Shown: piece by piece, positions 41,275 through 52,272 of the stretch | Position numbering within the stretch: the stretch's first letter is position 1 | Layout: each line of letters begins with the position of its first letter | NCBI GenBank assembly: GCA_036918135.1 | Contig: JBALDB010000018.1 | Location: forward strand, 88,113 to 152,112 | Reading direction: 5' to 3' | From: Nostoc sp. | GTDB taxonomy: Bacteria > Cyanobacteriota > Cyanobacteriia > Cyanobacteriales > Nostocaceae | DNA length: 64,000 nt | Translations under genes and position numbers: made by a program | The notes under the pieces: generated by a model | What the model saw: the letters and a program-made list of their open reading frames with translations, nothing else | Told to the model about the DNA's origin: nothing | Database searches by the model: none

Positions 41275-42831
41275 GTGGCAATGGTAGAGCCTGAAAACAA
41301 ATTATTTGCTCTAAAGGATGGTTGGACATCTCAGGAAACAAGAGAACAACAACGCCTCAAAGCTTTATCAGATCTAGGTTTACGACAACCAGAAACAATT
41401 CCGGTTTTTGAAGAAGCCACTCAAACTGCTGCCCACTTTTTGGAAGCACCAATTTCCATTTTGGGATTTGTGGATCAAGAACGCCACTGGTTTAAGTCGG
41501 CAGTGGGTTTATCTAGACTGGGACTAATGAATCATTTGGCACAAAACCGCCAACTCTCACGCACGGAATCTTTTTGTACCCAGGTAGTAGAAAGTTATCA
41601 AATATTCGTAATTAATGATACACATAAACTTACAGATCCAATATTGGCTAATAGCAAGTTAGTGCAGGATTATGGCATTCGTGCTTACTTGGGAGCGCCA
41701 CTAATTGATGCTTCAGGACATTGTTTAGGTGCATTAGCGGTAATGGATTTAGTACCGCGTAATTTTACAAACCGAGACATTGAGTTTTTACAAATTATAG
41801 CTCGTTGGAGCATGAGTGAATTTGAGCGTAACCAACTTCTGCAAGGTAGACTCGAATCAAGCACTCCCGCAGCTCCTATATTTTCACTCAACGACGAACG
41901 TAACACTGAGATTAAAATCACCGCACCCATTTTAGAAAGTGACTCTGTTTCTACCAAGCAACTGAAACTGCAACTTTTAGAACAGCTAACTCAGGAGTTA
42001 CGTACGCCCTTAACATCTGTACTTGGGATGGCTAGTGTTCTCGGACGTGAAATTTACGGGCCTTTGACAACTAAACAGAGAGAATATTTAGAAATTATCC
42101 AACACAGTGGTCGGTACTTACTTTCTCTAGTAAACGAAATTACCGAACTGGGAACTATGGATGACAACTTAACTGTTTTAAATCTGGCTCCTGTGGATAT
42201 TGAAATGCTGTGTCAACAAGCTATCAATACCCTAGAAGAAGCAGCTACTCGCCGCGACCAAGATATTCGTCTCTCGATAGAACCGGGACGCAACCGCATT
42301 TGGCCTTTAGATAAAGATAAGGTACGGCAAATTTTGTATCACCTGGTTTTTAGTGTGATTCAACTTTCGGCTACAGGTAGTGTTGTTCGCATTCATGTCT
42401 CATATAAAGAAGATACTCTCAACCTTACTATTTGGGTTTCCCATCCCTGGTTGGGAGATGGTATTACTGAGGTCGATCCTTACTTCCGCCTCAATTCTCT
42501 GTCGTTACTGGAATTGACAGGTGAGGTAGCAAGTTATAATATCGATAAAGAAAGCCAGGAACAATCAGATATTTCACCAGTAGCACTGGACAAGTTAAAA
42601 AACTTAAGTAATTCCCACTTAAATTTATTTACTTCTACTTCAGGTATAAATTTAACTAAAGGAAATGGAAGTCTTTCTCGCGAAAGCTTAGGTCTGTTGT
42701 TAAGTTGTCATCTGGCAGAGTTGCATGGTGGACAAATTTTGATTCAAGGTTCACCAGAATCAGGATATCGTTATGTACTTTCTTTGCCACTACAACTGGC
42801 GACTCCCTCACAAGCAATTAGCGAAATTTGA
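41275..42831 (+). CDS. GAF-domain sensor histidine kinase-like protein with degenerate catalytic motifs
   Basis: GAF domain (SFC..V, IRAYLGAPL); HisKA-like QELRTPL; HATPase-like ELHGG. Confidence 0.85.
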   Translation: MAMVEPENKLFALKDGWTSQETREQQRLKALSDLGLRQPETIPVFEEATQTAAHFLEAPISILGFVDQERHWFKSAVGLSRLGLMNHLAQNRQLSRTESFCTQVVESYQIFVINDTHKLTDPILANSKLVQDYGIRAYLGAPLIDASGHCLGALAVMDLVPRNFTNRDIEFLQIIARWSMSEFERNQLLQGRLESSTPAAPIFSLNDERNTEIKITAPILESDSVSTKQLKLQLLEQLTQELRTPLTSVLGMASVLGREIYGPLTTKQREYLEIIQHSGRYLLSLVNEITELGTMDDNLTVLNLAPVDIEMLCQQAINTLEEAATRRDQDIRLSIEPGRNRIWPLDKDKVRQILYHLVFSVIQLSATGSVVRIHVSYKEDTLNLTIWVSHPWLGDGITEVDPYFRLNSLSLLELTGEVASYNIDKESQEQSDISPVALDKLKNLSNSHLNLFTSTSGINLTKGNGSLSRESLGLLLSCHLAELHGGQILIQGSPESGYRYVLSLPLQLATPSQAISEI

Positions 42832-42888
42832 TTTCAAGCAATGGGGATTGGAGATTAGGAAAGAAATATTTTCAATCAATTTATTGTC

Positions 42889-43058
42889 TATAGTAATTCG
42901 TTTTGATTTTTGAAATTATTTACTTGTGGCAGGAAGGAGCCACTGCGGGGACAGGGGTTGCCCTCACAATCAACTGCTGTCAAGTGGTCTTTGGGAGTAG
43001 AAAATTAGCTTCTTCCAGTTATATAGGGTTTTTTCAAAAATCAAATAAGAGTTTAATA
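42889..43058. mobile_element. Degenerate MITE-like element
   Basis: Imperfect inverted ends ...tttgatttttgaaa / tttcaaaaatcaaa... beginning with tatag. Confidence 0.45.
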
Positions 43059-43257
43059 TGAAATACATGAAGGGTTAATCAACAGCTATCTTTTATTACT
43101 ATTAGTAGAAGGCTTTGGGATTAAAGGTGAAACTGATGGCTATGAATAAGAGTGCTATCACTCATTTGTAATCTACATTATTACCTTTTTATGACTATAC
43201 GCATTATGATTGATTCCAAGTTCTGCGTAGGCAGGCTAATCGATCGCAATGTTTTTT

Positions 43258-44673
43258 ATGAATTTAGTCTGGCAACGATTTACCTTATCATCTTTACCGC
43301 TTAAAGAATATCTCGCTACCAGTTACGTCCACCGTTCTCTGGTGGGACTATTGAGTTCTTGGCGGCAAACCAGCGTCTTTATCCAGTGGGGAGACCCGAT
43401 AGCAGCTGCTTTACTGTGCTTAGTGTATGCCCTTGCACCTTTTAGTTCGAGTACCTTGGTTGGTTTGTTGCTGGTAGCTTGTGCAGGATTTTGGCTACTG
43501 TTGACTTTATCGGATCGAGCAACGACAAATATCTCCTCAGTTACTCCAATTCACCTGTTGGTATTGCTCTACTGGGCAATTGCTGCTGTAGCAACAGCCT
43601 TATCACCAGTTAAAAAAGCAGCGCTTAATGATTTGGCAACCTTAAGCCTGTATTTGCTACTATTTGTCCTTTGTGCGAGGGTATTGAGGTCGCCTCGTCT
43701 CCGGTCTTCGATTATCATCCTTTACCTCCACATCTCATTAATTGTCAGTGTGTATGGTTTACGACAATGGTTTTTTGGAGCCACAGCACTGGCAACTTGG
43801 GTTGACCCAGAATCTCCTTTGTCTAAAACTACAAGGGTCTACAGTTATTTAGGCAATCCTAACTTGTTGGCTGGATACTTGCTGCCAGCAGTAATTTTTA
43901 GCTTAGTGGCAATTTTTGTATGGCAAAGCTGGCTTAAAAAAGCCTTGGCATTAACGATGTTTATTGTCAATACTGCCTGTTTAATTTTGACTTTTAGTCG
44001 TGGTGGTTGGATTGGACTGGTGGTGGCAATTTTAGCTGCGATGGCATTGCTAGTTTATTGGAAAAGTGTGGAAATGCCTCCCTTTTGGCGTACTTGGTCG
44101 CTACCCATCGTCCTGGGAGGCTTGATTGGGATATTGCTACTAGGAGTGATATTTGTAGAGCCAGTGCGCCTCAGGGTACTTAGTATTTTTGTTGACCGTA
44201 AAGATAGCAGTAATAATTTTCGCCGTAATGTCTGGGATGCTGTCTTTGAGATGATTCGCGATCGCCCGATTTTCGGCATAGGCCCTGGTCACAACTCTTT
44301 TAATAAAGTTTACCCGCTCTACCAACATCCTCGTTACACAGCTTTAAGTGCCTATTCGATTATGCTAGAAGTGGCTGTAGAAACTGGTTTTGTTGGTTTA
44401 GCCTGTTTTCTGTGGTTGATAATTGTGACATTTAATACAGCATTTTTGCAAATGGCACGATTGCGACAGCTTAGAAATGTAGAAGGATTTTGGTTAATTG
44501 GAGCGATCGCCATTTTGTTAGGTATGCTAGCTCACGGCACCGTAGACACTGTCTGGTATCGTCCTGAAGTCAATACTCTCTGGTGGCTGATAGTTGCCTT
44601 AATTGCTAGCTACTGGACACCTTTAGCTCAAAATCAAACAAATTCAACTAACTCAGAATTAGCTGCAAACTAA
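43258..44673 (+). CDS. ictB: IctB family (O-antigen ligase/Wzy_C-like) membrane protein
   Basis: RVYSYLGNPNLLAGYL, TFSRGGW, DSSNNFR and GIGPG motifs. Confidence 0.88.
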   Translation: MNLVWQRFTLSSLPLKEYLATSYVHRSLVGLLSSWRQTSVFIQWGDPIAAALLCLVYALAPFSSSTLVGLLLVACAGFWLLLTLSDRATTNISSVTPIHLLVLLYWAIAAVATALSPVKKAALNDLATLSLYLLLFVLCARVLRSPRLRSSIIILYLHISLIVSVYGLRQWFFGATALATWVDPESPLSKTTRVYSYLGNPNLLAGYLLPAVIFSLVAIFVWQSWLKKALALTMFIVNTACLILTFSRGGWIGLVVAILAAMALLVYWKSVEMPPFWRTWSLPIVLGGLIGILLLGVIFVEPVRLRVLSIFVDRKDSSNNFRRNVWDAVFEMIRDRPIFGIGPGHNSFNKVYPLYQHPRYTALSAYSIMLEVAVETGFVGLACFLWLIIVTFNTAFLQMARLRQLRNVEGFWLIGAIAILLGMLAHGTVDTVWYRPEVNTLWWLIVALIASYWTPLAQNQTNSTNSELAAN

Positions 44674-44683
44674 CATAAATTAA

Positions 44684-44724
44684 GTTGTCAGTTGTTTTTC
44701 TTGATGACAACTGACAATTTTAGA
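44684..44724. terminator. Probable bidirectional terminator
   Basis: ttgtcagttgt...acaactgacaa stem between convergent genes. Confidence 0.55.
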
Positions 44725-44902
44725 ATTTTGTAAACCGATAGCAACTTACCAAAAGCATTTTGAGTTGCTCGTAGCAATTTAAAAAATTATTCCCACAGAT
44801 GGATTTACAAAGCTAACAGATGTTTGGCAACAAGCCACTTTGTGTCTACGGCAAAAGCCGCCGAGTCGTGACTTTTCGCAAAATCTAAAATCGAAAATGG
44901 TC

Positions 44903-45184
44903 TTAGTCCCTGTAGCTAGTGGCCCCAGGGGCATTAGGGTCGCGATAACGTGCTGATTCGTCGTCGTCACGCTTTCTCCCACCCAAACCAGCTAGACCTA
45001 ATAAACCAATTAATCCCAACCAACCCCAATCAAAATCGTTGCGATCGGAAGTGGTCGTCCTTGGAGTAGTATTAACTCCAGGATCGGTAGTTGTTTGAGC
45101 TTGTGCAGATAAAGTTAAAGGCAAAATTCCCATGCTCAGGGTTAAAATGCCAGCGCCAACAGCTGTAACTAAGTTACTTTTCAT
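44903..45184 (-). CDS. Small secreted protein with WGxxGxxG C-terminal TM motif
   Basis: Signal peptide (LSAQA), Thr-rich linker, DWGWLGLIGLLGLAGL then GGRKR. Confidence 0.85.
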   Translation of the reverse strand: MKSNLVTAVGAGILTLSMGILPLTLSAQAQTTTDPGVNTTPRTTTSDRNDFDWGWLGLIGLLGLAGLGGRKRDDDESARYRDPNAPGATSYRD

Positions 45185-45362
45185 ACTATAAAAATCTCTT
45201 ATGCCATCCAAATTTACTCACCAATGTATCGAGTCCCAACGTGAGCAAAATCAATCTGCGGCTATAACTAGGCATTTTCAGAGCTCACGCTGTAGATATA
45301 CAACATGCTTTTCACCACAGTAAGTTTATCACTCGGATGTAATAGTTCAGCAATAGCAACTA

Positions 45363-45830
45363 TTAATAGTTTTTCATCGCCCGTTGTATATCACGCTGGT
45401 CTTGGCGACGTTTCAAGTCTTCTCGCTTGTCATGTAACTTTTTACCCTTACCAAGGGCTATACTGATTTTTACCCAACCTCGTTTGAGATACATTTTCAA
45501 AGGGACTAAGGTTAAACCTTGCTGTTCTACCTTGCCGATTAGCTTGCGGAGTTCTTGACGATGCAGCAACAACTTGCGTGTACGGCGTGGTTCATGATTA
45601 AAATATTGTCCACTAGCTGTATAAGGTGAGATATGCACATTGATTAACCATGCTTGGCCATCGCGAAGTAAAGCATAGCCATCTTGGAGATTGACTTTAC
45701 CAGCACGAATCGACTTCACCTCAGTTCCAGTCAACTGAATTCCAGCTTCGTAAGTTTCTAGAATTTCATACAAATAACGGGCTTGACGGTTGTCGCTAAT
45801 AACTTTGTAACCTTCGTTCTTGTCACTCAT
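45363..45830 (-). CDS. smpB: SsrA-binding protein
   Basis: EAGIQLTGTEVKSIR, RKLLLHR and GKKLHDKR motifs. Confidence 0.97.
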   Translation of the reverse strand: MSDKNEGYKVISDNRQARYLYEILETYEAGIQLTGTEVKSIRAGKVNLQDGYALLRDGQAWLINVHISPYTASGQYFNHEPRRTRKLLLHRQELRKLIGKVEQQGLTLVPLKMYLKRGWVKISIALGKGKKLHDKREDLKRRQDQRDIQRAMKNY

Positions 45831-46373
45831 TGATAATTTGTGTGCTTTAAATGTACCTAAAAATTATTTAGATTAGTTTATAAATTGTAAGGTGTATTTT
45901 CTAACCTATATAAATGCTAAACTGTATTTTACTAATTTAGCTTTTCTAACTTCTTAATTAAAAATTTTATGGTAACTTTAAGTTCCCTCAATTTTAGTCA
46001 TCTATTGTTGGGCATGAAGTATATGGCATTGATTATTGACGGTCATAAATAAATGACAAATGAAAAATGACTAATTATTGATTAAATTAATATTAATTTA
46101 CATAATAGAGAGTATTTGCTGTGCCTGATAGATGAGTTGTTACAAATTACAAAGCTATCTATAGCCTTCTAAGCGTAGCGAGTTGAAGCTGAGTTACACT
46201 TCCTTAACCCTTCCTCAGGATTTCATATTTTCTTTATAATATCAACCCTGAGGCAGTCATTAGCTGGTAATCCTGTCATAGTATGAAACATAAGAACACT
46301 ATTATTGCCTGTGTTCACTGATGGAACTGTAAAAGCAAATTTGTCAGTAAAAAATGCTAGGGGTGTACTGTCC

Positions 46374-47057
46374 ATGCCCTTGAAGATCCTTGTAGTGGAT
46401 GACGATCTGGGCACTCGTCTGTCTGTTAGCGATTATCTTGAACTGTCTGGCTATTGTGTAATCACAGCTAATGACGGTCAAGAAGCTTTGCTAATGGTGG
46501 ATGAGTATCATCCTGATTTGATTGTCACGGATATCGTTATGCCACAGATGAACGGCTATGAACTAGTACGCCGGGTGCGTCAACAACCAATGTTTCGTTT
46601 ATTACCTGTAATTTTATTAACAGCACGAACTAAGACTCAAGAAAGAATTTTGGGGTATCAGTCAGGATGCGATTTATACTTGCCCAAGCCTTTTGAACTG
46701 GAAGAGTTAGCAGCAGCAATTCGCAATCTTTTGGAGCGATCGCAAATCATTCAATCAGAGTATCGCTTTTCTCTTAAAGACGGTTTAAACATTTCGTCTC
46801 CTACAAAAATGGCGGACGCTGATAATTCTCTGTCCACTCAAATTCAGAAATCCCAATTACACTCATCTCTAACTCATAGAGAACAGGAAGTTTTAGAACT
46901 ATTAACTCATGGTCTTTCTAATGCCGAAATGGGCCATCAGCTACATCTGAGTCCTCGAACAGTGGAAAAGTACGTTAGCAGCTTATTAAGAAAAACTTCA
47001 ACCAGTAACCGAGCCGAATTAGTACGTTTTGCAATTAAGCATGATTTAGTAGAATAA
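46374..47057 (+). CDS. NarL/LuxR-family response regulator (Ycf29-like)
   Basis: Receiver VVDDD/TDIVMP/KPF plus LTHREQEVL HTH. Confidence 0.92.
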   Translation: MPLKILVVDDDLGTRLSVSDYLELSGYCVITANDGQEALLMVDEYHPDLIVTDIVMPQMNGYELVRRVRQQPMFRLLPVILLTARTKTQERILGYQSGCDLYLPKPFELEELAAAIRNLLERSQIIQSEYRFSLKDGLNISSPTKMADADNSLSTQIQKSQLHSSLTHREQEVLELLTHGLSNAEMGHQLHLSPRTVEKYVSSLLRKTSTSNRAELVRFAIKHDLVE

Positions 47058-47143
47058 AAATGAGGAGTTAAGAGTGAGCAGTGAGTTGAGTAATTAAAAA
47101 TTTAACTCCTAAATTCTGACTCCTAACTCTTGACTTTAGATTA

Positions 47144-47620
47144 TTAGTTTTGCCTGATAATGTAGGTGAGCAGACCTTCACAAGCATCAATCAGTAAATC
47201 AATCACCTGATTAAATCCCTCTTGTCCGCCATAATAAGGGTCTGGAACTTCCTTAAGGCTGTGTCGGGAGCAAAAATCACACATTAAACGCACTTTGTGG
47301 TGATACTGGCTAGTTGGATCGAGAGTAAGAATATCCTCATAATTCTCTTGATCCATCGCCAAAATTAAATCAAAGTGTTGAAAGTCTGATTTTTCAAATT
47401 GGCGTGCCCGACCACGCAATTTAATTCCCAGCTTTATAGCCGCCGCCGCACTCATGCGTCTGTCAGGTGGGCTACCAATGTGATAACTAGATGTACCAGC
47501 AGAATCACAGAGGATGCGCTCCCTCAAGTCAGCCTGCTCAATTAGATGATTCATAATATTTTCTGCCGATGGCGATCGGCAGATATTACCTAAGCAGACA
47601 AATAGCAACTTGTAAGACAT
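47144..47620 (-). CDS. Low-molecular-weight protein tyrosine phosphatase
   Basis: CLGNICRS and DPYYG motifs. Confidence 0.95.
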   Translation of the reverse strand: MSYKLLFVCLGNICRSPSAENIMNHLIEQADLRERILCDSAGTSSYHIGSPPDRRMSAAAAIKLGIKLRGRARQFEKSDFQHFDLILAMDQENYEDILTLDPTSQYHHKVRLMCDFCSRHSLKEVPDPYYGGQEGFNQVIDLLIDACEGLLTYIIRQN

Positions 47621-47749
47621 AAATATTTGTTGTCCTTTGTTCAATAGTCATTCGTCCTTTGTCTTTATCCTTTGTTTGAAACTAATGACCAAATAGGGCA
47701 AAAGTAAAAAGTTAAAAGGCACTTATAAAGAAAAAGAAAATGGTCACAA

Positions 47750-47856
47750 GCCCCTAAATTTATTTATGGAACGAAGTAAAAACATTTGTTTCAAGCGTCA
47801 AGTGCCGCAAGTAACAATATGTCCTGATAAAATCTCCTAAATATATTTATGGGGAT
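47750..47856. repeat. Paired hairpin repeats (IS200/IS605-end-like or REP-like remnant)
   Basis: cctaaatttatttatgg and cctaaatatatttatgg about 85 bp apart. Confidence 0.45.
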
Positions 47857-47915
47857 TATCTTTTTACTTTTTAATAGTGACCAATGACTAATGACCAATG
47901 ACCAACGACCATTGA

Positions 47916-48266
47916 CTATTGAAATCCAGGAAGCTCAAGTCCACTGGTTAAGTCTTCCATGCGTTCCCGCATTGTTGCCGTTGACTTGTTATATGCTTCT
48001 TTCATTGCTGCTGTTACGAGGTCGGAAAGTACATCTGCACCTTCAGCTAAAGCATCTGGAGAAATTTCTACCCGTTTGGGTTCTTGGTTACCACTGACAA
48101 TTACCTTGACCAGACCACCGCCAGATTCTCCTTGAATCTCCATTTGCTCCAATTCTTCTTGGAGTCGCTTTGCGCCTTCTTGAACTTGCTGTGCTTTCTT
48201 AAAAGCTTCAGCTAATTCCTTCATTTTTCCCAAGCCAAAGCCGAATCCTTGTCCTTTACCTGTCAT
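47916..48266 (-). CDS. YbaB/EbfC nucleoid-associated protein
   Basis: [17 protein letters not shown] and LSDLVTAA motifs. Confidence 0.93.
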   Translation of the reverse strand: MTGKGQGFGFGLGKMKELAEAFKKAQQVQEGAKRLQEELEQMEIQGESGGGLVKVIVSGNQEPKRVEISPDALAEGADVLSDLVTAAMKEAYNKSTATMRERMEDLTSGLELPGFQ

Positions 48267-48542
48267 AATTGGTTTTACGCGTGCGCGTTGAATAACAAAT
48301 CAAATTCAATTATAGATGCGGTAAGTAATTTGCCTCTTTTTTTACCAATAATTAATCCATTCTGGAATAGAAAGTAGGGTCTGGGCCAAACAAGGAGTGC
48401 TGTTAGCTTTCTTTCGGGTGTTTAGCCCGTGCTGAGTTAGTGGTTAAGAGTTAAAAATTGAGAGTGCTAAGTTAGGAGTTATTCTCCTTGTATCCCCTGT
48501 TCCCTTGGTCTCTGTTCCTGCTCATCTCTCGACTGTCCACCT

Positions 48543-49541
48543 CTATCCACAAGCAGCTTGAAATTCTCCAAGCATTTTGACCTCTGGTTCTAAGCGAATA
48601 GACCAACGTTCTTGTACTTGATGTTGGATGTGGCGAATCAGACAGAAAATATCACTAGCTTTTGCCCCACCGCGATTAACGATGAAGTTAGCATGGAGTT
48701 GGGCTACTTGCGCTCCACCAATTTGGTATCCTTTGAGACCAGTTTGCTCAATTAACCAGCCAGCGCTGTAAGGTTTGGGATTGCGGAACACACTACCACA
48801 ACTGGGGAAGTTATATGGTTGAGTAGTTAGCCGATGCTTTTTGTGTTCTTTGGTAATTGCTACAACTTGTGCAGGGTCTGCACCTGGTGTGAGTTGTAAG
48901 GTGGCTTGAGTGATTATGCGACCGCCGCCTTGTAATAATGAAGTCCGATAGCTATAACCTAGTCGATCGGGGGTGAGAGTTTCCAGCGTCCCATCGGGTG
49001 AAAGTACCTGAGCGCTAACTAACATATCTGCGATACAGCTATTATGTGCCCCTGCATTCATTACTACAGCCCCTCCGACTGTACCTGGAATGCCAACAGC
49101 CCACTCTAATCCTTGCCATCCCAGTGATGCGGCTTCCCATGCTAAACTGGGAATTGATTCTCCAGCAGCAACGGTTAATTGCCCTGTTTCGCGGTCAAAG
49201 TAGCTGAAGCGGAGATGACGAGTGGCAATCACCAAGCCTGATATCCCGCGATCGCTTACCAGCAAGTTAGAACCTGCTCCCAGTGTTGTCACTCTTAAAT
49301 CATGTTCTTTTGCGTATTTAAGACTTGCTTGCAGTGCTTCTAAGTTTCGAGGGGCAACGTACCATTGGGCTGCTCCCCCAACCCTATAGGAAGTAAATGC
49401 TGACAAGGAAGCCTGGGACTTGAGCGCACAATCAGTATTAGGTAAGTAAATTCCCTCGTTCTCCACCGGATTAGCTGTTTGTTTCTTTGTATTCAAAGCA
49501 GAAGCTGTGCAGACGTTTCCAACTGCCTGGGAAATGGTCAT
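48543..49541 (-). CDS. murB: UDP-N-acetylenolpyruvoylglucosamine reductase
   Basis: [30 protein letters not shown] and HANF motifs. Confidence 0.95.
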   Translation of the reverse strand: MTISQAVGNVCTASALNTKKQTANPVENEGIYLPNTDCALKSQASLSAFTSYRVGGAAQWYVAPRNLEALQASLKYAKEHDLRVTTLGAGSNLLVSDRGISGLVIATRHLRFSYFDRETGQLTVAAGESIPSLAWEAASLGWQGLEWAVGIPGTVGGAVVMNAGAHNSCIADMLVSAQVLSPDGTLETLTPDRLGYSYRTSLLQGGGRIITQATLQLTPGADPAQVVAITKEHKKHRLTTQPYNFPSCGSVFRNPKPYSAGWLIEQTGLKGYQIGGAQVAQLHANFIVNRGGAKASDIFCLIRHIQHQVQERWSIRLEPEVKMLGEFQAACG

Positions 49542-49662
49542 TTTTACTTTTTTTTGGTAAATTTTTACATTCATTTACCGTATTTATACGGTATTATAGT
49601 TACTATGAAAGCCTGATGAAATCGGCGCTTTCGTCAGAAATGAAACTTCGCAAAGTCCTCAC

Positions 49663-51126
49663 TTATGATGTGGCTTTAGCAGGCTCACAAAGCGTTGCAA
49701 TTACTTCAGGAATTACTTGATTTAAGTTTCCAGCACCTAAAAACAGCGCCAAGTCTCCTGGACGCAGTGTTTGTAGTAGGAACTCACGTACTGAGGATAA
49801 AGTTGGTTGATAAACTACCTGGGAATGTTGCTTGGCAATTTTTGCTGTTAGATGTTCGCCACTGATTTGCCCTAAATTGGGTTCGCCTGCACTGTAAATG
49901 TCAGTCAGCACGACTAAATCAGCATGGCTAAAAGACTGGGCAAATTCTTCTAAAAAAGTAAGTGTACGGCTATAGCGATGGGGTTGGAAGATGGCAACTA
50001 CTCTTTGTCCTGGTCTTGCCTGTAAACGTGCAGCAGCCAAAGTAGCTCGAATTTCGCTGGGATGATGAGCATAATCATCGATGAAGGTAATACCATCGAC
50101 TTCACCCCGGAACTCAAAACGGCGTCTTGCTCCTTCAAAGGTGGCGATTCCTTTGGCAATTTCTCCAAATTCTAAGCCCAAGACACGACCAACAGCGACT
50201 GCTGCTAAGGCATTACTGAGGTTGTGCCGACTTAGCAGTTGTAAGTTCAAGACACCTAAGGCTTTGCCTCTCTCCCAAACTAAAGCTGTGGTGCCATCAG
50301 CACGATAGTCAATATTAGTAACAGTGTAATCAGCGTCAGTATCTGAGTGTAAGCTGTAGCTGATTGTTGGTTGCAAGCGATCGCGGACTGTAGCACAGTC
50401 AATACTACCTACCAAAGTTTTGCAACCTTTGGCAAACTTTTGGAAGATGTCAACTACTTCTTCTAGGGTATCGTAGTGGTCAGGATGATCGAGTTCTATA
50501 TTGGTAATAATACCAATTTCTGGAGCGTGTTTTACTAAAGAACCATCTGATTCATCTGCTTCCGCTACTAAATATTGGCTTTGTCCTAGTCGAGCATTGC
50601 CTTCCCAAGCATTAACTTCACCACCTACTAAAATTGTTGGGTCTAAACCTGCTTGCAGCAGCATATAACCAATCATGCTACTAGTTGTAGTTTTGCCGTG
50701 GGTTCCTGCCACTGCAATACTATAATAATCAGCAATCAAGGCTGCTAGTACATCTGAACGATGTAAAATCGGACAACCTAATTCCAGAGCTGCTTTGTAT
50801 TCTAAATTATTTGTGTTAATTGCTGTTGAACAAATGACTTGAGGCAGTTTTGAGTTAGTAGCAACAGCTGATTTTTCTAGGGAATTTAATCCTACGATCT
50901 TAGGCAATTCTTGAGGGCGAAAGAATTCGAGATTACTTGCCTCTTGTTTACCAAAAATATGAACGCCAATAGATTCCAACTTGCGCGTAATGTGGTTTGG
51001 ACGTAGATCCGAACCTGATACTGGAAATTGACGCTTAGCGAGAACGTATGCCAGAGCAGACATACCTATACCACCGATACCAATGAAATGAAATGGTCTA
51101 CCACTAAAATCGACAGAATTACTCAT
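49663..51126 (-). CDS. murC: UDP-N-acetylmuramate-L-alanine ligase
   Basis: GIGGIGMS, GTHGKTTT, EADESD and DDYAHHP motifs. Confidence 0.97.
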   Translation of the reverse strand: MSNSVDFSGRPFHFIGIGGIGMSALAYVLAKRQFPVSGSDLRPNHITRKLESIGVHIFGKQEASNLEFFRPQELPKIVGLNSLEKSAVATNSKLPQVICSTAINTNNLEYKAALELGCPILHRSDVLAALIADYYSIAVAGTHGKTTTSSMIGYMLLQAGLDPTILVGGEVNAWEGNARLGQSQYLVAEADESDGSLVKHAPEIGIITNIELDHPDHYDTLEEVVDIFQKFAKGCKTLVGSIDCATVRDRLQPTISYSLHSDTDADYTVTNIDYRADGTTALVWERGKALGVLNLQLLSRHNLSNALAAVAVGRVLGLEFGEIAKGIATFEGARRRFEFRGEVDGITFIDDYAHHPSEIRATLAAARLQARPGQRVVAIFQPHRYSRTLTFLEEFAQSFSHADLVVLTDIYSAGEPNLGQISGEHLTAKIAKQHSQVVYQPTLSSVREFLLQTLRPGDLALFLGAGNLNQVIPEVIATLCEPAKATS

Positions 51127-51529
51127 TTATTGCTCCTCTTACACCACACCACACCATAAATCACAAATGACACGCGTATCATAACAGGAATTTGATTTTT
51201 ACCATAATTACTGCTGTATTATGTTCATGCCTGATACCTGGATGAGGTTTCTGCTCTGGTTTTGCGAGTTCAGAATGATTTTACCTTGGTTGGAGGTTTT
51301 TGCTATTTCTGAACTGTTCTTAAGATTATTCGCAAAATTTTGGCCGCATCGGGAAAGAAATTCTTGTAATGACAAATACATATTTTTGGCCACCTTACTG
51401 GAATTGACTACGATAGTACATTGTTAGTGAAACTGATTTTAAATTGCATCAAGTCTACGCGAGAATTGACTACAATAGTACATTGGCGATCAAACTATTT
51501 TTGAATTTCATAAAACCAGGCGTAACTGG

Positions 51530-52156
51530 ATGCAGCAACTAGCAATTTTTGGTGGCACATTCAATCCAATTCATTGGGGACACCTGCTCGTAGCCGAGAC
51601 AGCTTTGCATCAAGTATCCCTTGAAAAGGTAATTTGGGTGCCATCTTTAAATCCTCCTCACAAAGAAGCGGCTTTGTTTGAGCATCGTCTAGAAATGCTG
51701 CAATTAGCTATAAAAGATAACCCAGCGTTTACTGTCTCACTAGTAGAGGGAAAACGCTTCGGTACTTCCTATGGCATTGACACCCTGATCGACTTATCTG
51801 CTTGTTACCCAAATACTCACTGGTACTGGATTGTCGGCTTGGATACTTTCCAAACCTTACCTTATTGGTATCGTGGACACGAACTAGCACAAATGTGTAA
51901 TTGGTTAATAGCACCCCGACTGCTAGGTGGTGAGACTATAACTCAAAGCGAGTTAATCTGCAAGCAAGTTGAAGAACAAATAAATGAACATACATTCACT
52001 ATTGATTGGCAATTAATGAATATACCTTTAGTAGGAATTTCGTCAAGTCTAATTCGGAAATTTTGCTGCCAAGGTCAGTCAATTCGTTATTTAGTGCCAG
52101 AATCTGTGAGATCGTATATTGCCAACAATAACCTCTACTCCAGCAAATCTGAATAA
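51530..52156 (+). CDS. nadD: Nicotinate-nucleotide adenylyltransferase
   Basis: GGTFNPIHWGH and ISSSLIR motifs. Confidence 0.93.
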   Translation: MQQLAIFGGTFNPIHWGHLLVAETALHQVSLEKVIWVPSLNPPHKEAALFEHRLEMLQLAIKDNPAFTVSLVEGKRFGTSYGIDTLIDLSACYPNTHWYWIVGLDTFQTLPYWYRGHELAQMCNWLIAPRLLGGETITQSELICKQVEEQINEHTFTIDWQLMNIPLVGISSSLIRKFCCQGQSIRYLVPESVRSYIANNNLYSSKSE

Positions 52157-52272
52157 ATTATGTGTTTTTTTATTTATCTAACACTTTATTGTTATATTTA
52201 GTCCCCCCCTTTGCGATATGATTGGGGTCAACGATATTAACATATAGGCATAAATACAGAGGGCAAGACACT

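Noticed and set aside
45363..46300. tmRNA or tRNA next to smpB
   Set aside because: No tRNA-like or ssrA-like ends recognised here or elsewhere in the window.
51401..51485. Mini-CRISPR (repeat-spacer-repeat)
   Set aside because: Only two 23-bp copies, no GAAA(C/G)-type end and no cas genes.
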